A stretch of DNA of 64,000 nucleotides from Epiperipatus broadwayi (taxonomy: Eukaryota; Animalia; Onychophora), in assembly GCA_028023455.1 (NCBI GenBank), contig JAQFVV010000002.1:13888001-13952000 (forward strand). The letters run 5' to 3'. The notes beneath the pieces are model-generated. The model searched no databases. It saw only the letters and a list, made by a program, of their open reading frames with translations, and had not been told where the DNA came from. Shown piece by piece: positions 48,062 through 62,049 of this stretch. Positions within the stretch are counted from its first letter, which is position 1, and each line of letters opens with the position of its first letter. Both the position numbers and the translations under genes were made by a program.

Positions 48062-51000
48062 GTGAATATTAATCCACACACATATATATTTATTCAATTT
48101 AATTTCTAAAAACCTAGATTGATCAACTATTTGTCCACTATGGAAAAATGCTGTTCTATAAATAATATACATATTTTATGCTAATGCTTATATAATTTTT
48201 ATTACTTGAGATCTTATTTGTTGAGAAGCATTTGTATGATTTACTCCCCCTCGTTGCATATATATATATAACAGGACTGTTACCTTTGTTTGTATGATTG
48301 TGGAACAACAATTTGCATTAAGAAATGTTGCATTTTATAAGAGATGGAATTGCATAATGTTTGAACAATATCAAATCATTTATCATAGAATGTGTTCTTT
48401 ATTTTACTGAAAGATATTAATGGGGGCAAACATTGATTATTTATTTATTTTTCATGAATGATTTTCAGAACTTTATTAATATTTGTATGAAGAGAAAGAA
48501 AAAATCATAGAAACAATGTTTCTATGTAGTAATTATAAACTCTCATTCCTAAAATAGTAAAACACCATGCAACTAATCATTCAACCAAGATAATTTTGTG
48601 ATATTTAAAAGTTTATCTATAATTATACAAATATGCATTTTTATTTTATGTTAAAAATGGTTATATCATATTCTTACTAATGATTTTTATTTGATGTAGT
48701 TAAAAATATTTCATATATAATAATTTTATTTAAAGTGGAAAATCTCTTGATTCTACTTTCTCATTTATGCAGTTGTGATCCTAAAATTTACAAAATAATA
48801 TTTTCAAAATCATATAATATAGGCAGGGGGACTCTCAATGTTTCTTCAATGAATTTTGTTAGCAATTATTATGAAAAATTATATGAATGTGAAATTGGTT
48901 ACAAACATAATTTCAACTAAAGGATTTTTGTCAGATACTTTAGATTTGTTCTTTCATAAATAAATAATTATACCAAAAAACTGGTATAAGAATAAGATAT
49001 GCCTATTAGTTTGATGACTACATGAATGCTAAGGATGATAAGATAACTTTTATTTTTTATCATTTATAATGAAGCTTGATTTAGCTTAAGGAGTTATATA
49101 GTGCAATAAGTGCAGGAATTATAATATGTCGAATGGTTTCTTCATCTAACTACATAACTTACAACAAACAGACTCGCTGTTGGACAAACATGCAGAAAAT
49201 TGGTGCTAATAGCAATCAAGATTCATTATGTAACTAAGCATTCGAAAAATTTCATTGCAGTTTGTATATCTAAAGGTGTTTACACTTAAGAAAGAGGATA
49301 TATGACCAATGACAGATCATTATATTTTAGGTTGGATAGATTAGGTAAAATTATTATTATTATTATTTTCCAATTAGAAAATACTTACTTTCTGCAAATA
49401 TGAAGATTATCTTTTTTTCTATATCAATTCATTGAACATTAGGAAGAGTAATGTCAAAGAAAAATAAGTTGGCTAAAATACTGCTATAATATGAACTCTC
49501 GTAATGATGTCATTTCTATGCAGTCTAATTATTAGAGTTTTTTTTTTTTTTCAATTTCCAAACTTAAAAACTCATTTAATTAATTGTTGAGAAAAATGTA
49601 AATATTGATTTTTTTTATTTTTTATATGATATGACTAACAGTATGACAATCCATTGTCTGAATTATGTTTACAATATTATCATTTCCACATCAATTAAAT
49701 ACTAAACAGGTAATTCTCTTGCTTTGTTTCTTTATTCATTATGTTTTCTCACATTTATGATTGATCACCTGTAGAATGGCATAATAAAATCTCTCTATTT
49801 CACATAATGGAAGCTTTATAGGCAGCAAGTTTATAAAATAAATCTTTTTTTTATCATATACAACATAAAAAAAAGTAGGTATTCTCACACAAAAAATGTG
49901 AGGATGTTTCAAAAATGTTACTTGCAGTACATTATTATCTTGAAATGTATTATTAGAATTTATTATAAAAAATTTAAATGAAAAAAAGCTATCATTCATT
50001 TTTTAAAGAAATTTAAGAGTGATTGTTTTTTTCTTTCATATAGTTTTTTAAAATTCATTTCAAGTTAATAGATGAAAATAAATTGTAAATATTAATCATG
50101 AGGCAAAAGTTCTTACACATTTTTAAAACATTTAAAGATAAAGATTGATCTATAAGTACCATACAGTTATTAAAAAAAAAAAAAAGACAACTTTTTTTTT
50201 AATTTGTGAAGTTAAAAATTATTGAAAAATGCTTTTTGTCAAATATTCAATTTTGTTTCAGTTACTGTATTTGAAAATAAATTTTATAATAGGCACCTGT
50301 TTTTAATAAATTTAAAAGTAGTTTTAAATAACTGTTGATAGGAGAAAAAATATTATATAGAAATTTAAGAATACAGTAGGAAAAGTGTTGTGTGTAGTCA
50401 TAGTCTGCTCTCTTTAATAAAAATGGTAGGTTTATTCCATTTTTGGAAAAGCCCATTTATGAAAAATACTCAATAATAATCCATCACAATTTGTTAAAAC
50501 TGTAATGTTAATGCATCCATGAGATATCAGGCTGAGTTGAAATTCAAATTGATAATGTTCCATAGATGTAAAGTGGGGATTGGAGTAGGATATTATTTTG
50601 TCATTTTTTCATTCAGTTATTCCTCAGTAAGATTTATTTGCTGGCAGTTGTATATAGAACTCGTAAGTTTTATATTTTACAATAGTTTTAATTATACAAT
50701 TTTTTAATGTAGACTAAACAAATTTACATTTAATGATGAATTTCAAAAAGAATTCTCATTCATTAATTTAAATGCTTCTTGTAATAATAAAACAAAATTG
50801 GTTTGCTAAAACTGTACAATCTCTTTTGTGTTGCTCTTAAAAGCAGGAGTGATATTCATCAATAGCTGATAAAATAATAAAATTGCTATTAGCAAAACTT
50901 TTTTTGCCTATCATACTGTGTTTCATAATCAAAATTTTGATCTAATGATATTTTTATCAAAATTAATTCAAAAGATTTATCAACTAAAGTTTTTTATGCA

Positions 51001-51779
51001 TATAAGAAATCAAAATCAATTATCATTAATATTTTGTCACCCATATAATGTTGATTAAAGTAATAATGGATTTCAATAAAACTAAAAGTATTACAATATT
51101 TCTAGGTGCATCAAATAAAAAGAATTAATTTTTCCTATCATTGTGCAATATTTATTGCCTAATAGTGTTGTGTTAATGTTAAAATTATAGATTTTGCTTT
51201 TTTATCTAGTGAAATATCTGAACTACACAGTATTACATTGAAAAAATGATAAATTCTCCCTATTAAAAAAAAAAAAAGTGCTCCGGGTGCTGATAATACT
51301 AATACACACTTTGGAAGTTATGAAAGAATTAGTAAGAATAATGTATGACGAAAATTTGAAAATCATTTAGAGAAATTATTGGTATTAGTTGTGGAATACT
51401 TACTCATAATTGACTAATATACTGTTGATTGCCTGCCATTTAATATCTAAAGCTTTATAGTTAAAATTTATATAATCAGAATTGGAGAACTCAAAAATTT
51501 TGTTAGTGAACAGTAAAAAATTATGCAAAAATCAATGGAGCATGTGAATACAATATATTTTTTAGGTCCATCAATTAATAGAAGACTAAGTATTATTGAT
51601 GGACTTAGTATTTTCTTTCTTAAGAAAAAATGCCCTGTGATGTTAAAAAATTTATTTGAAAATCCTTAATTTGAAATTGTGGGTGTTATTTGTAATAAAT
51701 CAAAAATTTTTACATTTCAAATATATGTTATCTATGTTGAAAAGAATAATAATTACAAAAGTGGCTTACTATATGCATT

Positions 51780-52330
51780 GAAAATTTTGCTGATATATTC
51801 TATTGGGTATTAGAATAAATGAACTTCTTATTAGTAATGATAGACAAAGCAAGCTAAAAGTAATAATAAATGAAAGTGAAAGTATTGAGACCAATTTTTT
51901 TCAAATGATAAAGAATTTTTATGAAACCAGCCAAAACTATATAAACAGATGGAAAGGTGTCTTAGAAAATAATAAAAAATTTAAATGGATCTTATTGAAA
52001 AAGATATCTGAATGGACAGAAATTCAGAATAGTTTCAATGAGCAATTTATGACATAAATAGCTAGAGAATGAACTCACTTAGTTTGTCACTGGGCACTTA
52101 TAAAACACATAATTGATAATTATTTAGAAAAATAGAATAGTGAAAACATTTCTTTATCTGATAGATGAGTGAAAAAACAATTAAATTTTCAGAATATTAA
52201 TAATGCAGAATTCATTCTTTGTCTTTCCAGATAAACTGCTTTATAGATAGAATATTTTCTACAGTGAATATGAAGCAGCCAAAGTAGAAATCAAGATCAA
52301 GTTGGAAACCATGCAAAGATTAATAATTGT
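51780..52330 (+). mobile_element. Degenerate hAT-type transposase C-terminal remnant
   Basis: ORF 51803-52057 has FY...NYINRW..FKWILL...W.EI. Downstream, ttcattctttgtctttcca....gatagaatattttct resembles the hATC LCLPG.NA..ERIFS dimerisation motif. Confidence 0.5.
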
Positions 52331-53405
52331 ATGACAAAATTGTATTGTAGATCATGAAGAGTTTTACGATAAGATTGTAAAAGACTAAAATTTGTTGCAG
52401 AAATTATTCTCATCTAAAAAATATTCTTGAAATAAATATTATGATGAAGAGTCATCTTTTACGCTTACATCAATCTAATTATTATTTGTATTCTTTTCTG
52501 TCATTTTTAAATAAAACATGTTAGAATTTAGAATAATTTTTTACTTCTTCTAGTAGATGAACTAGAATTAAGGTAAAGTAAGTGAAAAAGAAAAAAACCT
52601 CTTCTTGCCCTGTTTTGGCATTAAGGGATTACAGTCAACTTAATATTATTTCTTATTTAAGTATAGATATGTATACAGTATGGTAATAATATACATCACA
52701 TGACCATTACTCTAGCTTGCCGTGTGTGGCAATACATATAGTGAGTTTTGCCTGTTTTAATATTAATATACATAGGATAGATTAAGTATATTAATATCCA
52801 TACGTAAAAGTAAATATTGCAGTATCATGCAGTAAGGCAGATTAAATGTGAACATTATTTTATGGGAATTTGACTCTTGTTTTTTGCTAATTCAATCTTC
52901 ACATGATTTTTTAAAAAATAAATCAAATGTGAAGAATGCCGTCCCATTATTCTGAAATAGAAACTTACTTATAAATATTTGTGTTTGTGAATCTTTGTAA
53001 ATCTTTGCATTTATTTTATTTTATCATGGTTTTAATACATTCCTTTTTAATAATGTTTATCTATCTCAGTTTTGACTTCTGATCACAGTTGATTCTAGCA
53101 GGTTTTGTTCTTTTGTCTTTAGTAGATGCAGTCATCATATTGAGACTTCAATCATGTCATATTAAAAAAATCACCTTTTTTTGATTTTTTTAAGAATTTA
53201 AGTTTTACTTTCTTTCACAAGCTTTTTAATTTGATGTCATTTCCCTATCAGATGCTTAGGTTTCTATTTGTAAAGCAAAAAAAAAAATATTTGTATGTAT
53301 TTTCATCTCTGTTTAAATAATAATATGTTTGCAATTATTTGCTCCAATCCCTTTATGTGTGTATGCACACACATATTGCTTGTATAGCTATAATTTATAC
53401 AGTTA

Positions 53406-54357
53406 CCATGTTTCCTGGAAAATAAAATTGGTTCTTATAATAATTTTTGCTCTAAAATTTATCATAGGGCTTATTTTCAACTGATGTCTTATTTTTTCAT
53501 GTACAAAAATTGATATTTATTCAAGTATTTCTCTTTACAGAAAGCTGTAAGATTCTTATCCTGGGAGTCCCTCTCTCCCCAATTCTTTTTTTTGTACTAG
53601 TTAGAATAGCTCTTTTGGGGGAAGGGGGATTCACAATATTATTTCGTTTAAATTTACTATTAAATCAACTGTTAATTGAAGACTTGCCTAGACGAGAATG
53701 ATAACATAAAAATGGTGATTACAATTAAGAATGGTTTGTCCACACAAAAGCAACAGAAAAAATGCAAGCACAAAAATTCAGAAAATGTTTTTGTATTTTT
53801 TTTTTAAACTTTTCTTTAGGAGAAAGATTAATGATTTAATTTAAACTAAATGTTTATTATTAAAATCACTTCCAGTTATTTATAGTCTATTATAGAAGGG
53901 GAAAAAATGTTTGAGAAATCAAATTAATTATTATTTTTATCTTGAATATTTAAAAGCTACCATGATGAAACTAAAACTAAATCAAGCATTCTAAATCTAA
54001 GAATTAAATGTAAGTATCTAAAAATATATAAATGAAATTATAAATTATCCGATATACTGCCTTGTGGTAAATAAATTGTTTTTCTATACAAGTAGAATTA
54101 CGTTTGTCGAAAATGATGCAGGGGAAAATACAAAGGAACCATAACATTTATGTTAGCATTTATTTAAAGCATTAATGTCAATAATATTGTTTATTTATAC
54201 ATTTATGACTATAATTCAATATGTTCATCATGTGTTTGAACAGGCCGACAATCTTAACTAGAGTTTATATTTGGAGTAGGACTTTTAATATAAGCATCCT
54301 GAAAAATCATGCTAGGGCTTTATTTTCTGGTTAGATCTTATTTTCAGGGAAACACTA
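53406..54357. mobile_element. Non-autonomous pogo/Tc2-type DNA transposon
   Basis: TA|CCATGTTTCCTGGAAAATAA ... TCTTATTTTCAGGGAAACAC..TA terminal inverted repeats, plus the subterminal tagggcttattttc motif at both ends. Confidence 0.68.
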
Positions 54358-56109
54358 TAGTATAATTAGTGTTTTTTGCAATATTTTGTGTAATTCCAAA
54401 TTTTGTGTTTAAATAAAAATAAAATTTATAAACGGTAACAGATTATAATACTGTAATAGATTTTATGTGTTAATTAAATATTTGAATTTTGTATATTAAT
54501 TATATTTAATCTTAATAATATTTGTTTATATTATATTTTTATTATAATTAAACTACACTAAACAGTGTTGTAATGCATACCATTTGTATCTAATTACTTA
54601 TTCATGATGACTGTTGCATGCATGCATGCATGTTCATTGTACACAAATATATAATTACATTAAACAGTAAGCTTTTTAGCACTGGTGAGTAAATGGGCAT
54701 TTAGTTATTTTTAGTTGGAGAGAAAAGGTGTAGGTTATGCTTATCGATGTACTAATTTTAATAATAAAAATATTATTGTACATTATGTACCTGCTTCTGT
54801 AGATGAATCATCTGTGCTTCCTCTCAAAGAATTGATATAATATGATCTATTTTATGGATTAAAAAAGGAAAACTGCCAGTTGTTTAAATGTTAGCTTAGT
54901 GAAGCAAAAAAAAATTGTGTAAATGAAATTATGTTTGTTGATTGATAAGATTTGAAAGGATGGTCAAAAGGGACAGGGAATAATATCTGCTAAAAGAATG
55001 AGTTTTGAAGATATCTCTGAAAAAATATTAAATTTCTTTAGAATATAATAAAGAATATTAGCAAGATAATAGAGCTCTGCTATATGGGAAAGAAAATGAT
55101 CAACGAATAAAACCTTAAAAAGCATGTTATTTATTTTTGTATTAATCTAGTATAGGCATGGGCAATCTGAAGTCTGTGGGCCAAATAGTTTTTTATGACT
55201 CCTATATATCATGCTTAATGTAAAAGTTAAGAATAATTTAAAATATATTCTATAGGCTATAATTTAAAACTAATTTATTATGTACGGTTGCACATCTGTG
55301 CTAAGTGCATAAATATAATCTTCATCGTACATTTAGTGTCTATTTTCATTTTTTGTTAAAAATTAAAAATTTATGTCCTTATGCAAATATTGAAAACAAA
55401 ATTTACTAAAATGAAATTTAAAAATTATAATATTTAAAAAGAACATTGGCACACAAAACGAGGGTGGGAGGGGGTGTAGTATTTCACACTTTAAAATTTT
55501 GTAGCCTGCTACTCAAAAGGAAATTGCTCATGCCTAAGTCTAGATTATAATATTATTTCAAAGATATAATTACATAATTTAATAACTTTTATATGCTTTA
55601 GAAAATTTGAATAAGAATTTTAATTGAAAATTGAAATGATTATATTTAACTATATGAAATTTGATATATATGTTTTATACAAGATATGCAAATTGAAATA
55701 CATGAAAGTTTTAATGCTTAAATTTTTTCTGTTTAATGAAGAAATGCAATCTTTTTTTTTTTGTATACTTAATATGCAAAAAAGGTAGAAGATTATTATG
55801 AATTTAGAATAGTGTATTTTGGATTATTTTTGCAGTAATTTATTTTTGTCTTTTTAAAAGCTAGTAACAGAAGTTTTTTTCCTTTTTATGAAGAATAAAG
55901 AATTGAGGAATGTATGATTTTAAGTAATAAATTTAGCATATAACTGAAATTATTAAACACTAAATTTGGCTAATAAGGTGATGCATTATTAGTTAGTTAA
56001 ACAGATGTGACATTTATCTTAATATAGATACGAAAAGCTGTTTATATAAATTCTCTCTTGTTGAATTATTTCATTTTTTTTTCCAATTTATTTTAAAATT
56101 TATTTGATT

Positions 56110-57285
56110 ATAATATGATTATAAAATGGGATATTATTGGACTTTGTGAAGTTAGAAGAAAAGGTGAAGAGACAATTGATTTAAAAAGTGGACATGTACT
56201 GTACTACAAAGGCACAAACATTAGAAGCACAAATAGTGTAGGATTCATTATAAATAAAAAGTGGAAGAACAACCTTATAGAGATTAATGGTGTATCAGAC
56301 AGTGGCAAGATTAATGGTAGATAACAAATACAGATAATTCACATTTATGAACCAAACAAATTCTTATTATGATAAAAAATTGAAGGATTTTTATATGAAT
56401 GTATAAAAGGCTTTTGATCAGATCAATCAACACTTTAAAATTATCATGGGAGACTTTAATGCTAGAATTGGTAAACAATTGAAAGATGAAAAGTGCTATA
56501 GGTAAATTTGGTTAGGGTATTAGAAGTGAGAGAGGACATTGGCTTGTGGAATTTGCAAAAAAAAAGAAATTCTTTATATTGTGAATGTTTTCTTTGAGAA
56601 AAATACTAAATGGACATGGAAGTATCCAAATGAAGGTATAACAGAATTGGATTATATTTTAATTAACAGAAAATATATATTTCAAGATTGTAATGTTCTT
56701 AATAAATTCAATGCAGGAAGTGATCAGCAGTTAATGAGATGTAAAATATGTGTTAATGCAAAACTTTAGAGAGACAAAAATGATTAAAAAAACAGTATTC
56801 ACTGTTGATATTTCTAATCTTCAGAAACATTCCAATGAATGTAAATTATAATTTGAAAATCATTTTCATATATCAAAGATTTTGAACAGGGTTCAGATTT
56901 AAACAAAATCAACAAGAAGAATATTCATATACTTTTAAAACTGCAACAAAGATAGTTGATACAATAAAATAGCAATTGACCAATAAAATTTCTATTGAGA
57001 CAAGTCAATTTATGAAGAAAAGAAGGTTTATTAAAATATAAAAATAATGCATTAAGGAAGGTTGAATATCTAGAATTTTGTAAAATGATACAAAAAAGAG
57101 TTTATAGCGATATAAGAAAACATAAGGGAAAGCTATAGAAGGGAATAAAAATCTCAAAAAAGAATTGGTGGTAAACTTATTTTTGTAATAAGAAGAATAG
57201 ATGGAATTATTATTAAAAAGAAAGATGACAATCATGTAATATGTAAAAGAGTTCTCGTCAAGAATTATACAAAATAAATGAACAA
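56110..57285 (+). mobile_element. RTE-clade LINE, 5' half (APE), split by a PLE insertion
   Basis: IKWDIIGLCEVRRKGEE, MGDFNARIG, LDYILINRKYIFQDC, GSDQQL. It continues at 58995. Confidence 0.88.
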
Positions 57286-57289
57286 ATTT

Positions 57290-58985
57290 CAAATCTCCAA
57301 CTCACTCCAGTCGTACATTTCAACAACAAGCTTAACTGCGATAAATTTGTTTAATCTATTCTCCACCCACATAAAAACAAAGGCATTTCAATGTCAGAAT
57401 ACCATCGAGTTTATCCATCCTCCACTAAAGCCCCGAGAATATTTGCTAATGTTAAACTTCATAAACCCAGAAAACCGCTGCGTTTAACGATGGATTTTGG
57501 GGGAGTTTATTATTTCCAAACTGCTAAACTGATTAATCAACTAGCTTGGGCTTTGGAAATTATTCCAGTAATTCTTCGTTTCAATTTGTGGACAAAATCA
57601 AAAATGCCACGATCGAGGACAACTTCTGCATGACTATGCTCAATGTTAAAGAATTATATGGATCAGTTGATCGAAAACAATCCATTCAGATCATCCAACA
57701 GGAATTGACCAACATTCTCTCATCTGAATGCATCAATTTCATTGTTTCATTTTTGACATGGGTGGACAAATACATCGATACCACATTTGAGTACAATTGG
57801 TACATGAAAAAGGGTTGGCCTATGGGTCTCCCACACAGTCGAATCGTCACCAGCATCTTCCTTAATCATTTTGAAAAACTAATTATATCCAAATAAACAA
57901 GCTGACTGCCCTCACATTATATACACACGGTATGTAGATGATGTATTCATCATAGCCAATCAACACTACAAATTTGTATTCAAGACTTATTACAAAACAC
58001 CAATCTAACCATCAACTCCACAGCAGAAGATGCCTCCCATAGTCTAAAATACCTTGATCTTCATCTAACGCATGATGAGAGAACAATAAATTACTCGATG
58101 ATGATAAAAGCCCCCTGAAATCAGAGACTTTATACACCCATACTCCAATTCCCCAAGCTCTCATAAATTTGCAGGCCTTCATGGATTCTTATACAGAAAT
58201 ATGCAACTATGCAAATTTGAATCTGATAGAAAAGATAATGTACATCTCTACACCAAAGGCCTACTACAAGCAGGCTACAAACTCAACACCATTAATCACA
58301 AAATTAAACAATTTTATAAGAAAATCGCAAACAATTTTAAGCTTCCATATATTACCCTTCCACATATACCTAAAATCTCCAACCAACTAATTAAAGTCTT
58401 GGCCAACAAATTTAAAATAAGTTTTCACACACACCCTTGCCCCAAACCCCTCTGTACCAATCATCTAATCAATAATTCTTAAAGACAAAATCGACCCTTC
58501 TCAGACCCCCCCATGTCGTTTATAGCATCTCATGCCCCCAACCCGGATGCCGTGCCATTTATTATGGTGAAAACAAAGCCGGCATAACCGCCAGGACCGC
58601 TCAGCATAGATACACCTACAATAGAGCAAAGAAAAATAATGACAATTCTTCAACATTCTTAGAACATTTCAAGAAGACAGGCCATATATTTGAACCCTCC
58701 GACCCCAAAATAGTTTACATAGAGAATAACGACATCAAATGGAAAATTAGAGAAGCGTATTTCATTAATGGCAACAATAACTATCAATAGACATGATGCC
58801 TGCTTTGACATTTCCAAATGTTGGGCTATCTAAATCGTTTGCATATACTTTGCATATCGCCTTTATTTCTCTGTTCTGCATTTCGCATTATCACTAGGAA
58901 TATGAGGCAAACGGCCTCGAAAGCGCTTAGCGTTTAATATTTTTTGCATTCTATATAGCTTCTCTTTCAAGCGCTTCACGCGCTT
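57290..58985 (+). mobile_element. Near full-length degenerate Penelope-like element (RT + GIY-YIG)
   Basis: APRIFANVKLHKPRKPLR, KGWPMGLPHS, tatgtagatgat (YVDD, ~57931), YLDL, then VYSISCPNP.CRAIYYGE...QHRYTYNRA. Related to the 19804-20445 fragment. Confidence 0.92.
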
Positions 58986-58994
58986 TTAATTTTA

Positions 58995-60532
58995 TATATT
59001 ACAATAGTAAAGAATAAAATTATCTCTTGCAAATAAAATATCTTTTGAATTGTCCAAGATTTTAAATGAAGTGAGACATGCAATTTAAGTTATGAGGAAG
59101 GGAAAAGCTTAAGATAATGATGGAATTATAATTCAATATCTTAAAAGAAGCAGGTGAAGAAATGGAAAAATTGTTGACAAAGTTGTATTCCAAATGTCTA
59201 AATGATAAAAGATGTACCAGATGATTGAAAGAATGCAGTACTAATATTAATATTTAAAAAAAATGATAAAGTAGACAGAAATTACTGATCTTCCAGTTTG
59301 TATTCTATACAAATTTTTTTACCAAAATTATTGCAATTTGTTTACATCGAACTTTGTATTTTAACCATCCAAATGAACAATCAGGATTTTAAAATGGCTT
59401 TAGTACAGTGGATCATAGCCAAGAAATTGAGAGAAGTTATAGAAAGGACCAATGAATATGAGTTGCCATTATGCTTTGGATTTGTAGACTTTGAAAAGGC
59501 ATTTGATTCTATAAAATATTTTTTCAGCGTTTAAAGCATTGAAAAATCAAGATATAGACCCAGAACATTGTCATTCTGAAGAATATTTATCAACATGCAG
59601 CAGCAATGATTCTATTATATAATGATACTAGGAAGATTAACATTGATAAAGATATATGATAGGTTGACTCCATATCTCCAAAAATTGTTACAGTATTTTT
59701 GCAAGAAGTATTTTGTGGATTAAAATAGGGAGCTAAAAGAGTAAAAGTAAATGGAGATTGTTTTAAGTCAGCTAGATTTTGCAGATGATATACTTGTTTT
59801 GCAAAGAATGCTTCAGAGCTTCAGGAAATGTTGCAAGAATTATCCTATGAAAGTAACAAAGGAGAACTAGAAGTAAATGCTAAAAAGATTAAAGTAATGT
59901 TCAATAAATTTTCTCAAAAGAAGCAAATAAAGATTGATAGTGATGAGTTAGAAATTAGCAACTATAAGTAATTTGGCCAGATTATTAATACATATGGAAA
60001 TATAATAATTGAAATTAATCATAAAATTAATCTTAGATGGAATACTTTTGGTAGAAATAATATTAAAAGGAAATATGCCTATGTGTTTGAAAAGAAAGAT
60101 TTTTACTAAATGTTTCACAAATTATTACTTATAAATCTAAGACTTGGATACTTAACAGAAAAGCAATGCAGAGACTTGAAGACCACTCACAAAGTATGTA
60201 GAGATGTATGTTGTTAATATTCGAAATGAAACATTTGGGTGAGTGAACAAACAAGTATCATTGATGTCATTGAAAGAATTTAAGAGACTGAAATAATGGA
60301 ATTGGACTGATCATATTGCCAGAAATGATGATAATAGATTTTAGTTGACATGTTAAATTGGTTCCAAGTGATTTAAAATACCTAGAAAAGGACCATGTGA
60401 GATTGATGCATGAAATAAGGAAGTGTGCTGGAATGATATAGAGAAGAGAGGCTAGGGATTGGAGAAACTGGATTGAACTTAGAGATACCTTCATCCAGCA
60501 GTGGAACGATAATGGTGAAATGATGATGATGA
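58995..60532 (+). mobile_element. RTE-clade LINE, 3' half (RT + (GAT)n tail)
   Basis: LPLCFGFVDFEKAFDSI, ttttgcagatgat (FADD, ~59778), and a gatgatgatga tail at ~60521. Confidence 0.9.
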
Positions 60533-60733
60533 ATATGCCTTGTTTAAATAATAATTATTTGTAAGATAAAAAGTTAACTTAGCATAGTTTTATGTATATG
60601 TGCGAAACACATGTATTAAGTAATTGTATTAAAACAGGCAAAACTCTCTATACGTATTGCCACTCAGTGCAAGCCAGAGTAATGTCAGAAGCTTGTACAT
60701 AAAATCCCCATCTCGTGCCTACTCATCCAATAT

Positions 60734-60773
60734 CCCCAGACTGGTTTCTGGCTTTTGGCCTTAGTCAGTGAGG
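60734..60773 (-). ncRNA. Minimal type-I hammerhead ribozyme, core variant (CUGACUA)
   Basis: Minus strand CCTCA CTGACTA AGGCCAAAAGCCA GAAA CCAG TC TGGGG. The G8 position is mutated. Confidence 0.65.
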
Positions 60774-60897
60774 AGCCTTGGATATGAGAGCTCTGCAACT
60801 TAATCTCAGGATTTAATGCAACCTTCCAGCAACCATCTTTTATCTCTACTTAACTACGCAACTATGATCTAGGTGCAGCGCTCTCATATCCAAGGCT

Positions 60898-60937
60898 CCT
60901 CACTGACGAAGGCCAAAAACCAGAAACTGGTCTGAGG
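60898..60937 (+). ncRNA. Minimal type-I hammerhead ribozyme with intact catalytic core
   Basis: CCTCA CTGACGA AGGCCAAAAACCA GAAA CTGG TC TGAGG: perfect stem I (CCTCA/TGAGG), CUGANGA and GAAA boxes, near-palindromic stem III ACTGGT, and a GUC triplet (cut after 60932). Confidence 0.8.
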
Positions 60938-61334
60938 ATATTGGATGAGTAGATCGATTTTATGCACAAGCCTTCTGGCATCATCCTTTGATTACTCGGG
61001 CTTCCACTGAGTGGCAATATGTATAGAGAGTTTTGCCTGTTTTAATAACAGTTATGAGCAAGCATAAAAATGGGGATCGTGATGTTTTTTGGCTTAAAAC
61101 CAATCCTGCCTAATAGGATAGTGATGGCTATGGTTATTAATGAACCAAAGTTCCCAAAATGTATAGGTACTGAACTGAGTTCAGACCTATATGACTATAT
61201 AGGCTAATGAGCTTGGATTGAAAATATTAAGGTGTTTTCAATTTAAGACTCATAGTTTTGTAGTTAAGTAGAGATAAAAGATGGCTGCTAGAGGGTTCCT
61301 AAAATCTAGGTGCAGGGCTCTCATATCCAAGGCT

Positions 61335-61374
61335 CCTCACTGTCGAAGGCTAAAAGCCAGAAACTAGTCTGGGG
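61335..61374 (+). ncRNA. Minimal type-I hammerhead ribozyme, core variant (CUGUCGA)
   Basis: CCTCA CTGTCGA AGGCTAAAAGCCA GAAA CTAG TC TGGGG: perfect palindromic stem III ACTAGT and GUC triplet. The A6 position is mutated. Confidence 0.7.
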
Positions 61375-62049
61375 ATATTGGATGAGTAGGCAGTAGATGG
61401 GGATTTTATGCACAAGCCTTCTGTCATCCATTGATTACTCTGGCTTGCACTGAGTGGCAATACGTATAGAGAGTTTTGCCTGTTCTAATAACAGTTATGA
61501 GCAAGCATAAGAAATGGTGATCATGTGATGTTTATTGCCTTAAGTAAATCGTATATTATGTATTGTAATATATTCAAACTATAACTTAGTTATTTTATTA
61601 CACATGTTGCATACTTGTATATTATGTATTGTAATATATTCAAGTTATAACTTGTTATTATATTACCCATGTTGCACTGTTAATAGTTATGTCTATGTCT
61701 GGAATTGGACCGTGAATTATTTAAGTAAGCTATACCGTACACCCTGATATTAAGAATGATCATAGTTAAGTGAATAGTAAGTTTAAGCAATAATTAATCA
61801 TGCACATAGTATAAAAATTGACATACTATTGAGCTGAATTAAACATAAAGAAATATTTTCTCCATCCCTCATAATTAACTTGGAATAAATTATATGAATA
61901 GAAATGTCATGAATGAACTTTATTATAAAATGAAATTTGGTTGTAGTGTTTAAAAATAATTTACTATTAAAATGAAATATGTTTATATATTTCTGAATCT
62001 AAGATATGATCATTAATAGAAAAATAATGTAAAGATTATAGACCATATA

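Larger units (their letters stand above)
60627..61510. mobile_element. Cluster of three copies of a non-coding hammerhead-bearing repeat (one minus, two tandem plus); PLE pseudo-LTR or retrozyme-like
   Basis: 60627-60858 is the reverse complement of the repeat. The + copies are ~60867-61067 and ~61100-61510, sharing the 3' end gagagttttgcctgtt.taataacagttatgagcaagcataa. Confidence 0.8.
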
